IMG/VR virus record: IMGVR_UViG_3300032270_000274
Span: 1 to 29,536 of that record
Length of the DNA stretch: 29,536 bases
Strand: one strand, 5' to 3'
From: a virus
Lineage: Duplodnaviria; Caudoviricetes
This document shows, one piece after another, positions 8,742-16,962 of the stretch. The notes beneath the pieces are model-generated. The model did no database searches. It was not told the origin of the DNA and saw only the letters and a program-made list of their open reading frames with translations. The number at the start of each line of letters is the position of its first letter. Positions within the stretch are counted from its first letter, which is position 1. The position numbers were made by a program, and so were the translations under genes.

Positions 8742-10295
8742 ATGGCAAAACTAGCTTTATCTCCATTGGCTGGTATCAACGAAGATGCGGATACCAAGTA
8801 TCAAAGTGCTTTAGAGCGCATTCAAGCCGCTTTGACGGCTCGTGAAAACCCGTCCATTGATCCAATGATGTTGGCGATGGCGCAGGGGTTCTTGACCCCC
8901 GGTCGCACGGGCTCCTTCGCTGAAGGTTTAGGCGGAGCCGCTGGCAATGTTATTCCTGTCATGGCTCAAAGGCAAAAAGAAGCAATGGACAACGCTCAAA
9001 TGCGTCTCCAGCTTGCCCAAGCCGAGCGTGAACAAGCAAATCTTACTGCCGCAACCAAGGAGTTTCGAGGCATTACCAGTGGAGTACCTTCCGTTGGTCA
9101 AACTTCTGCCACACCTACTGGTCAAACTTCTGCAACTCCTTCTGCTGGTGCGGACAAAGGTGTTGGGACGCCTCCTAATGTGTATCCAGTGACCATACAA
9201 AAGGCTTTGGATTTTGCCGCTAGATTCCCCAATCAAAAGGCGCTTGCTGAACAGCTTATGCAAGCCGCCAAAATGGGCTTGGATCGCTTTGCTATGTCCC
9301 AAAACGGCATTGTGTTTGACAAAATTTCTGGTCAGTATCTGAACATCGACATCCCCGGTCAAACCCAGTCCCCTTACAGCACCCCCTATGGCTCATTCAA
9401 TATGACGCCAAACGATTACTCCAATTATCGTAAAGCACAAGGCGCAGGGCTTGGCAAAGAATGGATTGACGCTTATCGTGAAGGCAAGCCTTTTGACGTT
9501 GATTCTTTCAAATCATCTAGCGAGAAGCCTTCTGTTGAAAAGCCTGAAGCACCTAGTGATAAAGCACCCAAAATGCTTTCAATTTCAGAGCAAGAAACAA
9601 AAAACCTTGCTGAGAAAAAATTGGCAGAAAAAACAGCCGAGGCTACAGTTGACACAACCACGCAAGCTAAAACTCGAGGCTTTGCCGCAACTGGTTTAAT
9701 TCCTTTGTACAACCGTGCGGAAGGCATTTTGAAGAAAAACCCAAAACTCAAAGAATCTTTGGGTGTATTGGAAAAAGGCGACTTCATGTCAGCCATTGGC
9801 ACGGTTGCGGACGAGGGCGTTCAGGTTGGCTCGGTCAGAGTGAACATTCCATCTTTTCGCAAGATTGCTTCACAGTATTCGCAAGACCCAAAGACCATCA
9901 ATGATCTTGCCGAGTTGGCGCAAATTGAATCTATGTGGCAGTTCCAACAACGCCAAGGTTTGGGTTCAGGTACATCCGTATCTAACTTTGAACAACAGAT
10001 GGTTAACCAAATGGGGCCAAACATCAAAGACCCCTACGATGCATATCTCAGAAAACTTGCATTCATGAAGGCTAAAGCTGATTTTGATCGAGAAGTTGGG
10101 AAGAAACTTGTAAAGGGTGTTCAGTACGAAGATTTTGAAAACACACCAGAGTTTGAAGAAATTTTTGATAGGTATCAGAAGAAGATTATTCCAATTGTTT
10201 ATGGTGCTGACACAACAAAAAAACCTAGCTCTTCCCGCTCACCAAAAGTCAGCCCAAATGCTAAAGCGGCCTTGGAAGCAGAGCTTAATAATTAA
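8742..10295 (+). CDS. Probable internal virion / ejection protein
   Basis: 517 aa, RBS AAGGA; N-terminal Gly-rich hydrophobic patch followed by a coiled-coil-like stretch; lies in the ejection cluster. Confidence 0.6.
   Translation: MAKLALSPLAGINEDADTKYQSALERIQAALTARENPSIDPMMLAMAQGFLTPGRTGSFAEGLGGAAGNVIPVMAQRQKEAMDNAQMRLQLAQAEREQANLTAATKEFRGITSGVPSVGQTSATPTGQTSATPSAGADKGVGTPPNVYPVTIQKALDFAARFPNQKALAEQLMQAAKMGLDRFAMSQNGIVFDKISGQYLNIDIPGQTQSPYSTPYGSFNMTPNDYSNYRKAQGAGLGKEWIDAYREGKPFDVDSFKSSSEKPSVEKPEAPSDKAPKMLSISEQETKNLAEKKLAEKTAEATVDTTTQAKTRGFAATGLIPLYNRAEGILKKNPKLKESLGVLEKGDFMSAIGTVADEGVQVGSVRVNIPSFRKIASQYSQDPKTINDLAELAQIESMWQFQQRQGLGSGTSVSNFEQQMVNQMGPNIKDPYDAYLRKLAFMKAKADFDREVGKKLVKGVQYEDFENTPEFEEIFDRYQKKIIPIVYGADTTKKPSSSRSPKVSPNAKAALEAELNN
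9096..9143 (+). repeat. Imperfect 24-bp tandem duplication in a linker
   Basis: ggtcaaacttctgccacacctact / ggtcaaacttctgcaactccttct, encoding GQTSATPT-GQTSATPS. Confidence 0.85.
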
Positions 10296-10304
10296 GGAAT
10301 CACC

Positions 10305-11576
10305 ATGGCTGAAGAACAAGCACCACTTGCATTCCTTAATGACCTGAATGAGTCGCAGACTCAGAACGCCACGTACATTGCAAAAAAAGCCAAAGAGATG
10401 GGTATCAACCCACGCTTGGCAGTTGCTATTGCTTATCGTGAAAGTAGATTGAACTTTGGCGTTGATGACGGTAAAGACGGTGAAGTTGGGGTCATGCAGG
10501 TCAAGGTTCCAACTGGCGAGCTTATGGGGTACAGCGAAAAAGATTTGCGTGATCCAAAAAAGAACGTAGAAGCAGGTTTATCGTATCTCAAGCAAGGAAT
10601 TACAAAGTTTGGCGACCCCAAGTTGGCTGTTGTTGGTTACAACGCAGGCATGGATCACAAGTTCTTTGAAGATCCTGAAAACCACAAAATCCCAACTCGG
10701 ACACGGGACTATGTAAAAGAGATCCAAAGTTGGGGAGGCTTTACCGAGCCCACAGCAAGCGCACCAGAAGAAGCCTCACCCGATGAGGAAGTAGTCGAGG
10801 ATGAGGGTATGCGTGGGCCACCCGCTCCTGCGTCGAATATGGACTTCTTGATGAACAAGGCAAAGTCCATGTACGACAGCGGTGTTGACACGATGGCAAA
10901 CATGACCGCCTCCGACTACATGAAGCTTGGTGGCGCTGGTCTTGGTGCGTATGCAGGCCCTCGTATAGGTGCATCCATAGAGAACATACAAAAAGCCGCC
11001 AATTCCCCATTGTCTGGTGGTGACAAGTGGCGACAAAATTGGGCTGGGCAGGGTGGTCAACCCACGGGCGCAAGCGTTCCTGAGGCTTCTGCGGCGTACC
11101 AACGATCCAAGGGTCAGGGCAAGGTGTCTGGGCGAGTCAGCCAAATGTATGGGCCTCCAAGCAAGCCCCCCGAGCCCGGCGTCTTCCGTGCGGGTCGCCT
11201 CTCCCTCCCCAACCAACCCGTCAGCCCCATCAGCCAAACTGGTCAAACCATTGGCAAATACGCTGGCGCTATGCTTGACTCGCCACTTGGGAAAAAGGTT
11301 ACTGGCGCTTTGGGTGGCTACGGAGCCGTCACACAGGGCATGGAAGCCGTCGACCAAGCTAGGAAGGGTGACGTGGCGGGTGCAACGATTTCAGGCATTG
11401 GTGCGCTTGGCAACGTCCTGACAGCCATCCCTCAGACTCGACCTGTTGGCATGGGTTTGAGCACTTTGACGCCTGCCGCTCAATGGATGCTCCAACATGC
11501 AAGAAAAATGTCCCCCGAAAAAGCGCAAGAAGTTTTGCAAGGGCAAGACCCATATGCAAACCCGTTTGGATATTAA
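10305..11576 (+). CDS. Virion-associated lytic transglycosylase (N-terminal SLT domain)
   Basis: SLT motifs AIAYRES (catalytic Glu), GVMQV, NVEAGLSYL and GYNAG; Gly/Ala-rich C-terminus. Confidence 0.85.
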   Translation: MAEEQAPLAFLNDLNESQTQNATYIAKKAKEMGINPRLAVAIAYRESRLNFGVDDGKDGEVGVMQVKVPTGELMGYSEKDLRDPKKNVEAGLSYLKQGITKFGDPKLAVVGYNAGMDHKFFEDPENHKIPTRTRDYVKEIQSWGGFTEPTASAPEEASPDEEVVEDEGMRGPPAPASNMDFLMNKAKSMYDSGVDTMANMTASDYMKLGGAGLGAYAGPRIGASIENIQKAANSPLSGGDKWRQNWAGQGGQPTGASVPEASAAYQRSKGQGKVSGRVSQMYGPPSKPPEPGVFRAGRLSLPNQPVSPISQTGQTIGKYAGAMLDSPLGKKVTGALGGYGAVTQGMEAVDQARKGDVAGATISGIGALGNVLTAIPQTRPVGMGLSTLTPAAQWMLQHARKMSPEKAQEVLQGQDPYANPFGY

Positions 11577-11625
11577 AAATTGGGTGTCTCCCCCAATGCT
11601 CCGCAGTTGCCACGATGGAGCTTTT

Positions 11626-11654
11626 CCCCCAGTCTGAGTGCTGGGGGTTTTTTT
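11626..11654 (+). terminator. Intrinsic terminator ending the virion operon
   Basis: CCCCCAG-tctgagtg-CTGGGGG followed by T7, between convergent gene arms. Confidence 0.85.
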
Positions 11655-11868
11655 ATGCGTTACCAGCCGTACAGTTCATAAGAATGTAGGTTCTTTTATT
11701 CATTTCTTCGATGTCATCCATCGCTGTGGTGTACCCTTGTTCCCACACCAAGCGTAAAAGCTTTGCCTTGGTAGTCTCCTCAGTACGCTCGCCACGGTCG
11801 TAGGACTTCGACAAGGCTTCTAAGTCCTTGTCGTTCCACTCCAGTTCCCCAGAGTCATTAATCTTCAC
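11653..11868 (-). CDS. Hypothetical protein (start uncertain, GTG proposed)
   Basis: 3' part of track ORF 11653..12060; its upstream part overlaps gene 11858..12091, so a start near 11868 is inferred. Confidence 0.55.
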   Translation of the reverse strand: MKINDSGELEWNDKDLEALSKSYDRGERTEETTKAKLLRLVWEQGYTTAMDDIEEMNKRTYILMNCTAGNA

Positions 11869-12091
11869 CAATAGGAAGTTTTCCAAGGTTGTCAATTGCT
11901 TTGTCAAACATGGCGAGATTGTCTCTTGAATTGGGCTCATCTGTAAACTCAATGTTAAAGGTGTTGTCTCTGACGATGTAATAGCGTTGCGCATCTGCTG
12001 ACATTTGCTTGAGCATGTCAAGGAAGATTGGAAGCATTTCAGGCGACCAATCCTCCCCAAACAACGCTGTGATGAAATCCTCAGGCGTCAA
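11858..12091 (-). CDS. Hypothetical protein
   Basis: 77 aa, 4-nt overlap with the upstream gene in a packed - strand operon. Confidence 0.65.
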   Translation of the reverse strand: MTPEDFITALFGEDWSPEMLPIFLDMLKQMSADAQRYYIVRDNTFNIEFTDEPNSRDNLAMFDKAIDNLGKLPIGED

Positions 12092-12318
12092 AGCTTGCTT
12101 CGTTTTTCGTATAAAGCGGTGGCAACATCAGGGTTCAAAGACTTTACAAAGTTCACGCACATTGCCAACTCCATGCGACGAATTGCAGGGAGTGCCGCCT
12201 TGATAAACCCATCAGCAAGCTTCATGAGATCATCTTCAAGGAAAGAGTAGTTCTCATCCAAGTAAATCTTTCTGAAGGCTTCGTTGACCTCTTCTTTTGT
12301 GATGTATGGGTTGTTCAT
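12088..12318 (-). CDS. Hypothetical protein
   Basis: 76 aa, ATGA-coupled to the upstream gene, GAGGA RBS. Confidence 0.7.
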   Translation of the reverse strand: MNNPYITKEEVNEAFRKIYLDENYSFLEDDLMKLADGFIKAALPAIRRMELAMCVNFVKSLNPDVATALYEKRSKL

Positions 12319-12566
12319 TTCTTTTGTCCTCGTGGCTTTCGTTTAGCCATAATCTTTTTGCCTTCAGGTGTTTGAGTCCAATGGGGCTTTTTGGGTTTAT
12401 GCTGAGCTTCAGATTGACTAGGTGGTTTAAAAAAATCTGGTATTGACTCAAGTTGCTCCTCTTCAGCCTCACAAAATCTTTCATCCAACTCTTCGTAATA
12501 TTGAAATAAAGCCTCACGAATGAAGTTCAATTCATTTTTTGTAACTCTAATTTTCATGTCGTCCAT
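12315..12566 (-). CDS. Hypothetical protein with a basic C-terminus (KKPHWTQTPEGKK)
   Basis: 83 aa, RBS AAGGAG 7 nt before the ATG. Confidence 0.7.
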   Translation of the reverse strand: MDDMKIRVTKNELNFIREALFQYYEELDERFCEAEEEQLESIPDFFKPPSQSEAQHKPKKPHWTQTPEGKKIMAKRKPRGQKK

Positions 12567-12576
12567 TTTTTACTCC

Positions 12577-12741
12577 TTAACGAAACCAAAGATAGAAGCC
12601 GTGCAATATCCCTATGGGGAAGAAGATTGCGCCAGCAACGAGAAACCCCCACATTGCTTGTGCAAAGCAAGTGAAGATATGGGTAAGCCATGCAATGAAG
12701 CAGGCAATACCTAAAGCGCCAAGCCAAAAGTCTGAGTCCAT
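12577..12741 (-). CDS. Small membrane protein (54 aa, two hydrophobic helices)
   Basis: MDSDFWLGALGIACFIAWL...AIFFPIGILHGFYLWFR; GGAGG RBS before the ATG at 12741. Confidence 0.7.
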   Translation of the reverse strand: MDSDFWLGALGIACFIAWLTHIFTCFAQAMWGFLVAGAIFFPIGILHGFYLWFR

Positions 12742-12742
12742 C

Positions 12743-12955
12743 TCAAGCCTCCAATGCAAGTTGATCGGGATCTTTGTACGCCTCGACCTTGATGCCCTTG
12801 CCAAGGGCTTCAATTAGGTCATTCTGAGACGCCACACGCACAGTGAACATGTGATTGGCAACATGAGTTAGGGCTTGTTGACGTACTGACGCCTTGACCA
12901 AGCGAGTCTCCCCGCTATGGGTTCCTACGATGTAAACACGTTGTTGAGTTGCCAC
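12743..12955 (-). CDS. Hypothetical protein
   Basis: 70 aa, GTG start with AAGGA RBS. Confidence 0.7.
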   Translation of the reverse strand: MATQQRVYIVGTHSGETRLVKASVRQQALTHVANHMFTVRVASQNDLIEALGKGIKVEAYKDPDQLALEA

Positions 12956-12967
12956 GATGATTTCCTT

Positions 12968-13738
12968 TTATTTGTGTTGATTTTTGGCTTGCCAGTAATT
13001 CAGCAAACCCTGAAACATTGCCCAACCACGGGCAAGATCTTCTTGTGACCATTTGTTGATGACCACGAGGCCCGGCACAGTGACCGAAACAAACACGTTC
13101 GCACAGTCAGCGTTCGGCAGATCTACACCCACCCTATACGCCGCCAATTGCATCATGTGCTCGTCATAGCCTGCCACCTTCTCTGGGTCGCTGAACTCCT
13201 TGGTCTTGATGTCGAGCACCAATCCACGATCTTGGTAGTTGGGCGTATACAAGTCCAATTTGCCGCCAAACCCAAGCTCATGAGCAAAGGATTTTTCAGG
13301 TTGGAACTCGGTAACGCCAAACTCCTTCTCGATCTCTCGATAGACACCTGCTTGGTGGTCAGCAAACTCCGCATGCATAACACCTGAGTACATGCTCTCC
13401 ACGGCTGTGTGGACGGCTGTACCACGCTCTGCCGCCATCTTGGCGTGTTCCTTAGAGTCACGTTGGATACGAGCGATGAACTCTTCCTCAGGCTCGTCAG
13501 GAACTCGTGGGAGGGTCAAGGCGGCGAGCATCATTTGGTTGAGCTTCCACGCCTCCAAACTTGGCGAGGCGGCGCTCTTGATGATGGTCGTCACCGAAGG
13601 CACAAGGCTCATCTTTCGTGCGTCTCTAAGGGTCGTGGATCGCTCCTTGCCGTTGGCTCCAATCACGCTGTAGGTTGGCTTTCCATCCTTGGCGTACCAA
13701 TGGTTGGACTCAGCCGCTCTTGCAACAATTGTGGTCAT
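12968..13738 (-). CDS. PD-(D/E)XK superfamily exonuclease (phage recombination exonuclease-like)
   Basis: PSVTTI, GTAVH, GKLD, DIKT and QLAAY motifs. Confidence 0.85.
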   Translation of the reverse strand: MTTIVARAAESNHWYAKDGKPTYSVIGANGKERSTTLRDARKMSLVPSVTTIIKSAASPSLEAWKLNQMMLAALTLPRVPDEPEEEFIARIQRDSKEHAKMAAERGTAVHTAVESMYSGVMHAEFADHQAGVYREIEKEFGVTEFQPEKSFAHELGFGGKLDLYTPNYQDRGLVLDIKTKEFSDPEKVAGYDEHMMQLAAYRVGVDLPNADCANVFVSVTVPGLVVINKWSQEDLARGWAMFQGLLNYWQAKNQHK

Positions 13739-13747
13739 TTCGTTCTT

Positions 13748-14032
13748 TCAGTAGGTTTTCAGTTTGGGTGCGCAGGTGATGTCAAAGATGATGTCAGTGG
13801 CAAACCCATTGATTTGGCGTTTGGTGGTGAGGACAATGGCACGAAGACCACTACCCTCACACTCCTGTACGGCGTTGATAACTTCGTTGCGGGACATTCC
13901 CTGCACCTGTTTGTCAACAATTAAGGTTTGGACTGGCGGGGACGTGCTGTTGGAAGGGTTCCCAACACTGGCGTTCCACGACGATCCAGCGGCACAACCG
14001 CTGAGTAAAAGCACAAGGAATATGTTTCGCAT
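13748..14032 (-). CDS. Putative lipoprotein
   Basis: MRNIFLVLLLSG-C signal peptide with lipobox LSGC; AAGGAG RBS. Confidence 0.7.
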   Translation of the reverse strand: MRNIFLVLLLSGCAAGSSWNASVGNPSNSTSPPVQTLIVDKQVQGMSRNEVINAVQECEGSGLRAIVLTTKRQINGFATDIIFDITCAPKLKTY

Positions 14033-14041
14033 AAAGGCTCC

Positions 14042-14674
14042 TTAAAAGGGTACGTCGTCCGCCATGTCGTCAAACCCAGAGCCTGCCTGAGGCGTTGGGG
14101 TGGCGGCTTTGGCTCTCCACTCTGGCGACTCTTGGATGATCTTCTTGAGGTAATCAGAGAAGCCCTCAAACATTGCCATGTCAGGGTTGCTGATTTGGAA
14201 GATCCTGCATTGGTTATGCCCTTGTGGAAGCCCATTGAGCTTGATGGCGCTTGGCACAGGGGTAACAGCAGAGACGTTGGCGTACACACCTTTGCCGTTC
14301 TTTTTGGGCTTGTGGGTGATGTTGACCATGCACCACTTGTCCAATAGGTTTTTCAGGTCAAAGCGACGCTGTTCTTCCTCAGTAAAGGGCTTGCTCCTCC
14401 ACGACTGCAGGTCAAGGCGTAGGTTGGCTTTGTCAGCCCAAGATAAGGTGTAGTCCTTGGTGACAATCAAGGGTTCGTTCTTGTCGGTCACAAGGGGCTT
14501 GTTGTCTTCGTCGTCTCCATGCACCTCCCAATGAATCTTGATCTTGTGCAAGAACTTGACGTTGCCCTCAAACTCGGTCTTTTGGGTTCCAAGGTCAACG
14601 ATTTGGTAGCACCGAGCTAGGTGCATTCCCGCAGGTACGGGCTTGAATGATGTTCCAGTGTCTTCTACTATCAT
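14042..14674 (-). CDS. Single-stranded DNA-binding protein-like
   Basis: Acidic C-terminal tail GFDDMADDVPF like the bacterial SSB C-terminus; close to the exonuclease gene. Start is ATG 14674 or GTG 14683. Confidence 0.7.
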   Translation of the reverse strand: MIVEDTGTSFKPVPAGMHLARCYQIVDLGTQKTEFEGNVKFLHKIKIHWEVHGDDEDNKPLVTDKNEPLIVTKDYTLSWADKANLRLDLQSWRSKPFTEEEQRRFDLKNLLDKWCMVNITHKPKKNGKGVYANVSAVTPVPSAIKLNGLPQGHNQCRIFQISNPDMAMFEGFSDYLKKIIQESPEWRAKAATPTPQAGSGFDDMADDVPF

Positions 14675-14783
14675 GGTTTTCACTTTCTAAAAGTTTCAGG
14701 TCTTCGGTTAATCCCCAGAGTTGGTACTCCAGTTGTGCATCAGGATCGGCAAGCCACTCCTGATATTGCTCTTCTAAGGTCAT
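14595..14783 (-). CDS. Small hypothetical protein (MTLEEQYQEWLADPDAQLEY...)
   Basis: ATG 14783 with GAGGT RBS and ATGA coupling to the upstream gene; its 3' end overlaps the SSB-like gene by about 80 nt. Confidence 0.5.
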   Translation of the reverse strand: MTLEEQYQEWLADPDAQLEYQLWGLTEDLKLLESENHDSRRHWNIIQARTCGNAPSSVLPNR

Positions 14784-15217
14784 GTCAACCTCACTAAATT
14801 GATTGAGCGAGTGTCTACTTTGTAGAACCTCTCGCCCTTGGCGATGTACATGTTTGGAGACTCCAACAAGGGAGACGCCAAGACGACTCGGTAATCGCAA
14901 ATGAATGCTCGTGTACCGTAGCAATTGACTGACACCAATACGGTGTGCAGATCGTTGGTGAGAAGTTTCTTTTTACGCTCAGGGACGTGGAGCGAGTCAA
15001 ATGGGAAGATGCTTTCTTTCCAAGACTGTCTGACCTCAACCTCGACGTAGCCAATCTTGTCGCCATCGTCATAGGCAATCAGATCCACCCCATACTTGTC
15101 TGGGTTGTTTCTAAGCTCTATTCCTTGGTTGGCGTAGTATTTGATGATCCTGTCCCTTCCAAAATTGTCGTATTGGTCGTGTAATTCCTGATCGAACTGC
15201 TTTCTTATGGTCGCCAT
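14780..15217 (-). CDS. Putative restriction-endonuclease-fold protein
   Basis: 145 aa with PDKYGVDL...YVEVEVR, a PD-(D/E)XK-like pattern with E-x-E. Confidence 0.5.
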   Translation of the reverse strand: MATIRKQFDQELHDQYDNFGRDRIIKYYANQGIELRNNPDKYGVDLIAYDDGDKIGYVEVEVRQSWKESIFPFDSLHVPERKKKLLTNDLHTVLVSVNCYGTRAFICDYRVVLASPLLESPNMYIAKGERFYKVDTRSINLVRLT

Positions 15218-15429
15218 ACGAACAGGTCAAGGACAAGTACCACCATGGCAATAGCCAAAACAATGCTGAGTGCAAGCTTGGTGTTTCGCCGCATGGGGTG
15301 GATAAATGGGTAGCTGTCGCTTTGATCTTGGGGAAAAGCTTCTTTCAGGGTGCGTGGGTAGCATCTGAAGACTGTTGCCAAATGCCTTTGATCGGGCGGC
15401 AACGCATTGCGAATGTGGATTTTTTTCAT
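15205..15429 (-). CDS. Small protein with a C-terminal transmembrane helix
   Basis: 74 aa, AAGGA RBS, LALSIVLAIAMVVLVLDLFVW; first gene of the leftward arm. Confidence 0.65.
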   Translation of the reverse strand: MKKIHIRNALPPDQRHLATVFRCYPRTLKEAFPQDQSDSYPFIHPMRRNTKLALSIVLAIAMVVLVLDLFVWRP

Positions 15430-15465
15430 CTGTTTCCTTCAAAGACCGCCGTATCGGCGTGAACG

Positions 15466-15554
15466 AATTAGAACACAGATTTAACACCGTGTTTAAATTG
15501 TTGAGTGAAATTGAAGGGCTTTATCAAACACCAAGTTAAGGTATACTGCGCTCC
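15466..15554. promoter_or_regulatory. Divergent promoter/operator region
   Basis: AT-rich gap between divergent arms; rightward -10 TATACT at 15542-15547; AAC-N5-GTT boxes at 15483-15493 and 15527-15537. Confidence 0.65.
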
Positions 15555-15791
15555 ATGACATTAATTGAGTATTTTTCTACCGAGCCTCGTGGGGCAAAAG
15601 CGGAGATGGCTGAGTACCTCGACATCACGCCCACCTACATAAGCTTGCTGATTCACGGCAAACGTCGTGCGTCTCCACACATGGCGATTAATATCGAGAT
15701 GGCGACCCAAGGGTTGGTCACCAGACGAGACTTGCGCCCAGATTTGTACATCGTATTGGACAAGATTGCACAGGAGTCCGAGACGGTGTAA
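15555..15791 (+). CDS. Cro-like / YdaS-family HTH transcriptional regulator
   Basis: HTH KAEMAEYLDITPTYISLLIHG plus the YdaS-type tail IEMATQGLVTRRDLRPD. Confidence 0.8.
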   Translation: MTLIEYFSTEPRGAKAEMAEYLDITPTYISLLIHGKRRASPHMAINIEMATQGLVTRRDLRPDLYIVLDKIAQESETV

Positions 15792-15796
15792 GATGG

Positions 15797-15873
15797 TTTG
15801 GAAGACGGCTAGACGAGGATTGATCCCCTCGTTGAAAAGGGTTTCACCTTCCCCTGCCGAAACTTCCTTCAAA
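15797..15873 (+). ncRNA. c4-antisense-like three-stem RNA element
   Basis: Stems GGAAG/CTTCC, CGGC/GCCG, ACGAGG/CCTCGT and GGG/CCC; loop TTTCACCTT is complementary to downstream AAGGTG(A) sites. Confidence 0.55.
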
Positions 15874-15898
15874 GGTGACTTTTAAAAAGGTGCAACAA

Positions 15899-16603
15899 AT
15901 GAAACGTCCTGCTTTTCAGTTTTACCCGTCCGACTGGCTACGGGATACAGCCCTACGCTCCTGCTCAACAGGCGCACGAGGATTGTGGATCGACATGATC
16001 TGCTACATGCATGAAGGTAATCCTTACGGTCACTTGAAGGTTGCCGACAAGGTTATCCTTCCACCCAACCTTGCACGTATGGTTGGGGAAACCTTAGAGG
16101 TTGTCGAAGGTTGGTTGGAGGAGCTTCGTCATGCTGGCGTGTATGACATTGACGAAGATGGAAGCATCTACTCACGTCGGATGATCAGGGACGAAAACCT
16201 AAGACAAATAAGGGCAAATGGGGGTAAGCTTGGAGGTAACCCTAACCTTAAACCCAAAGATAAGGTTAACCTTAAGGATAACCAAGAGGTTAAACAAAAA
16301 CCAACCCCTTCATCTTCATCTTCATCTTCATCTACAAAGAATATATATACCGATGCATTCGAGGAGTTCTGGTCAACATATCCATCGAAGACAGGTAAGG
16401 GTGAGGCATACAAGAGTTGGAAAAGAATCAATCCTGATAAACAACTTATAGAAACCATCCTCTCCTCGATTAACACCTACAAAGAGTCCAAGCGAGTAAA
16501 AGATGGGTTTGTGAAGAATCCCGCCACTTGGCTGAACCAGCGGTGCTGGGAGGACGAGGTCGAAGTTTCTGTTGCCACATCTGCCTTTGCTGGAGACATC
16601 TGA
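15899..16603 (+). CDS. Replication initiator (YdaU/DUF1376-like N-terminus, lambda O-like organisation)
   Basis: RPAFQFYPSDW N-terminus, poly-Ser linker, C-terminal FEEFWSTYP...PATWLNQRCWEDE; lies between cro and the helicase; RBS AAGGTG at 15887. Confidence 0.75.
   Translation: MKRPAFQFYPSDWLRDTALRSCSTGARGLWIDMICYMHEGNPYGHLKVADKVILPPNLARMVGETLEVVEGWLEELRHAGVYDIDEDGSIYSRRMIRDENLRQIRANGGKLGGNPNLKPKDKVNLKDNQEVKQKPTPSSSSSSSSTKNIYTDAFEEFWSTYPSKTGKGEAYKSWKRINPDKQLIETILSSINTYKESKRVKDGFVKNPATWLNQRCWEDEVEVSVATSAFAGDI
16234..16295. repeat. Iteron-like repeats, candidate replication origin
   Basis: Related units AGGTAACC (16234), AGGTTAACC (16263), AGGATAACC (16275) and AGGTTAAAC (16287); perfect palindrome TAAGGTTAACCTTA at 16261-16274, inside the initiator gene. 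Confidence 0.5.
16308..16333 (+). repeat. (CTTCAT)4 microsatellite encoding a poly-Ser linker
   Basis: Read directly from the sequence. Confidence 0.9.
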
Positions 16604-16962
16604 TGAAAAATCATCACCGCATCATCGAAATGCGTCGATCAGGACAAAAGCCCACTATGGTTTTTCTGACCGACTACCCTGAGCAAGACAGCAAATGGTC
16701 GATGGACACCGACCACATTGAGGTAAACGTCTTCCACGATGTGCCAGAACGGGCTGATTTGAGGTTTTTGATTGGATTGAGTGTCACCATCACCGCAAGC
16801 TCAAAAGATCGTGCCAAGGCGTTTTTTGACGCTTGTGTGCAGGCTGGGGCCAACACGGTCTCTACTTGCTACCACCCAAACGAGAAGGACAACTACTTTC
16901 GCTTGTACACCAAGGAAGGTTTTGACAAAACAACAGAGGACAAGCACAGCTATGAATCTTAA
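16603..16962 (+). CDS. Hypothetical protein in the replication module
   Basis: TGATG coupling at 16601-16605; 119 aa starting MKNHHRIIEMRR. Confidence 0.7.
   Translation: MKNHHRIIEMRRSGQKPTMVFLTDYPEQDSKWSMDTDHIEVNVFHDVPERADLRFLIGLSVTITASSKDRAKAFFDACVQAGANTVSTCYHPNEKDNYFRLYTKEGFDKTTEDKHSYES

Noticed and set aside
13748-14032. Lipoprotein as an Rz1/o-spanin
   Set aside because: No adjacent Rz-like coiled-coil gene or lysis cassette; it lies in the early arm.
16308-16333. (CTTCAT)4 as a phase-variation switch
   Set aside because: A 6-bp unit keeps the frame and only changes the poly-Ser linker length.
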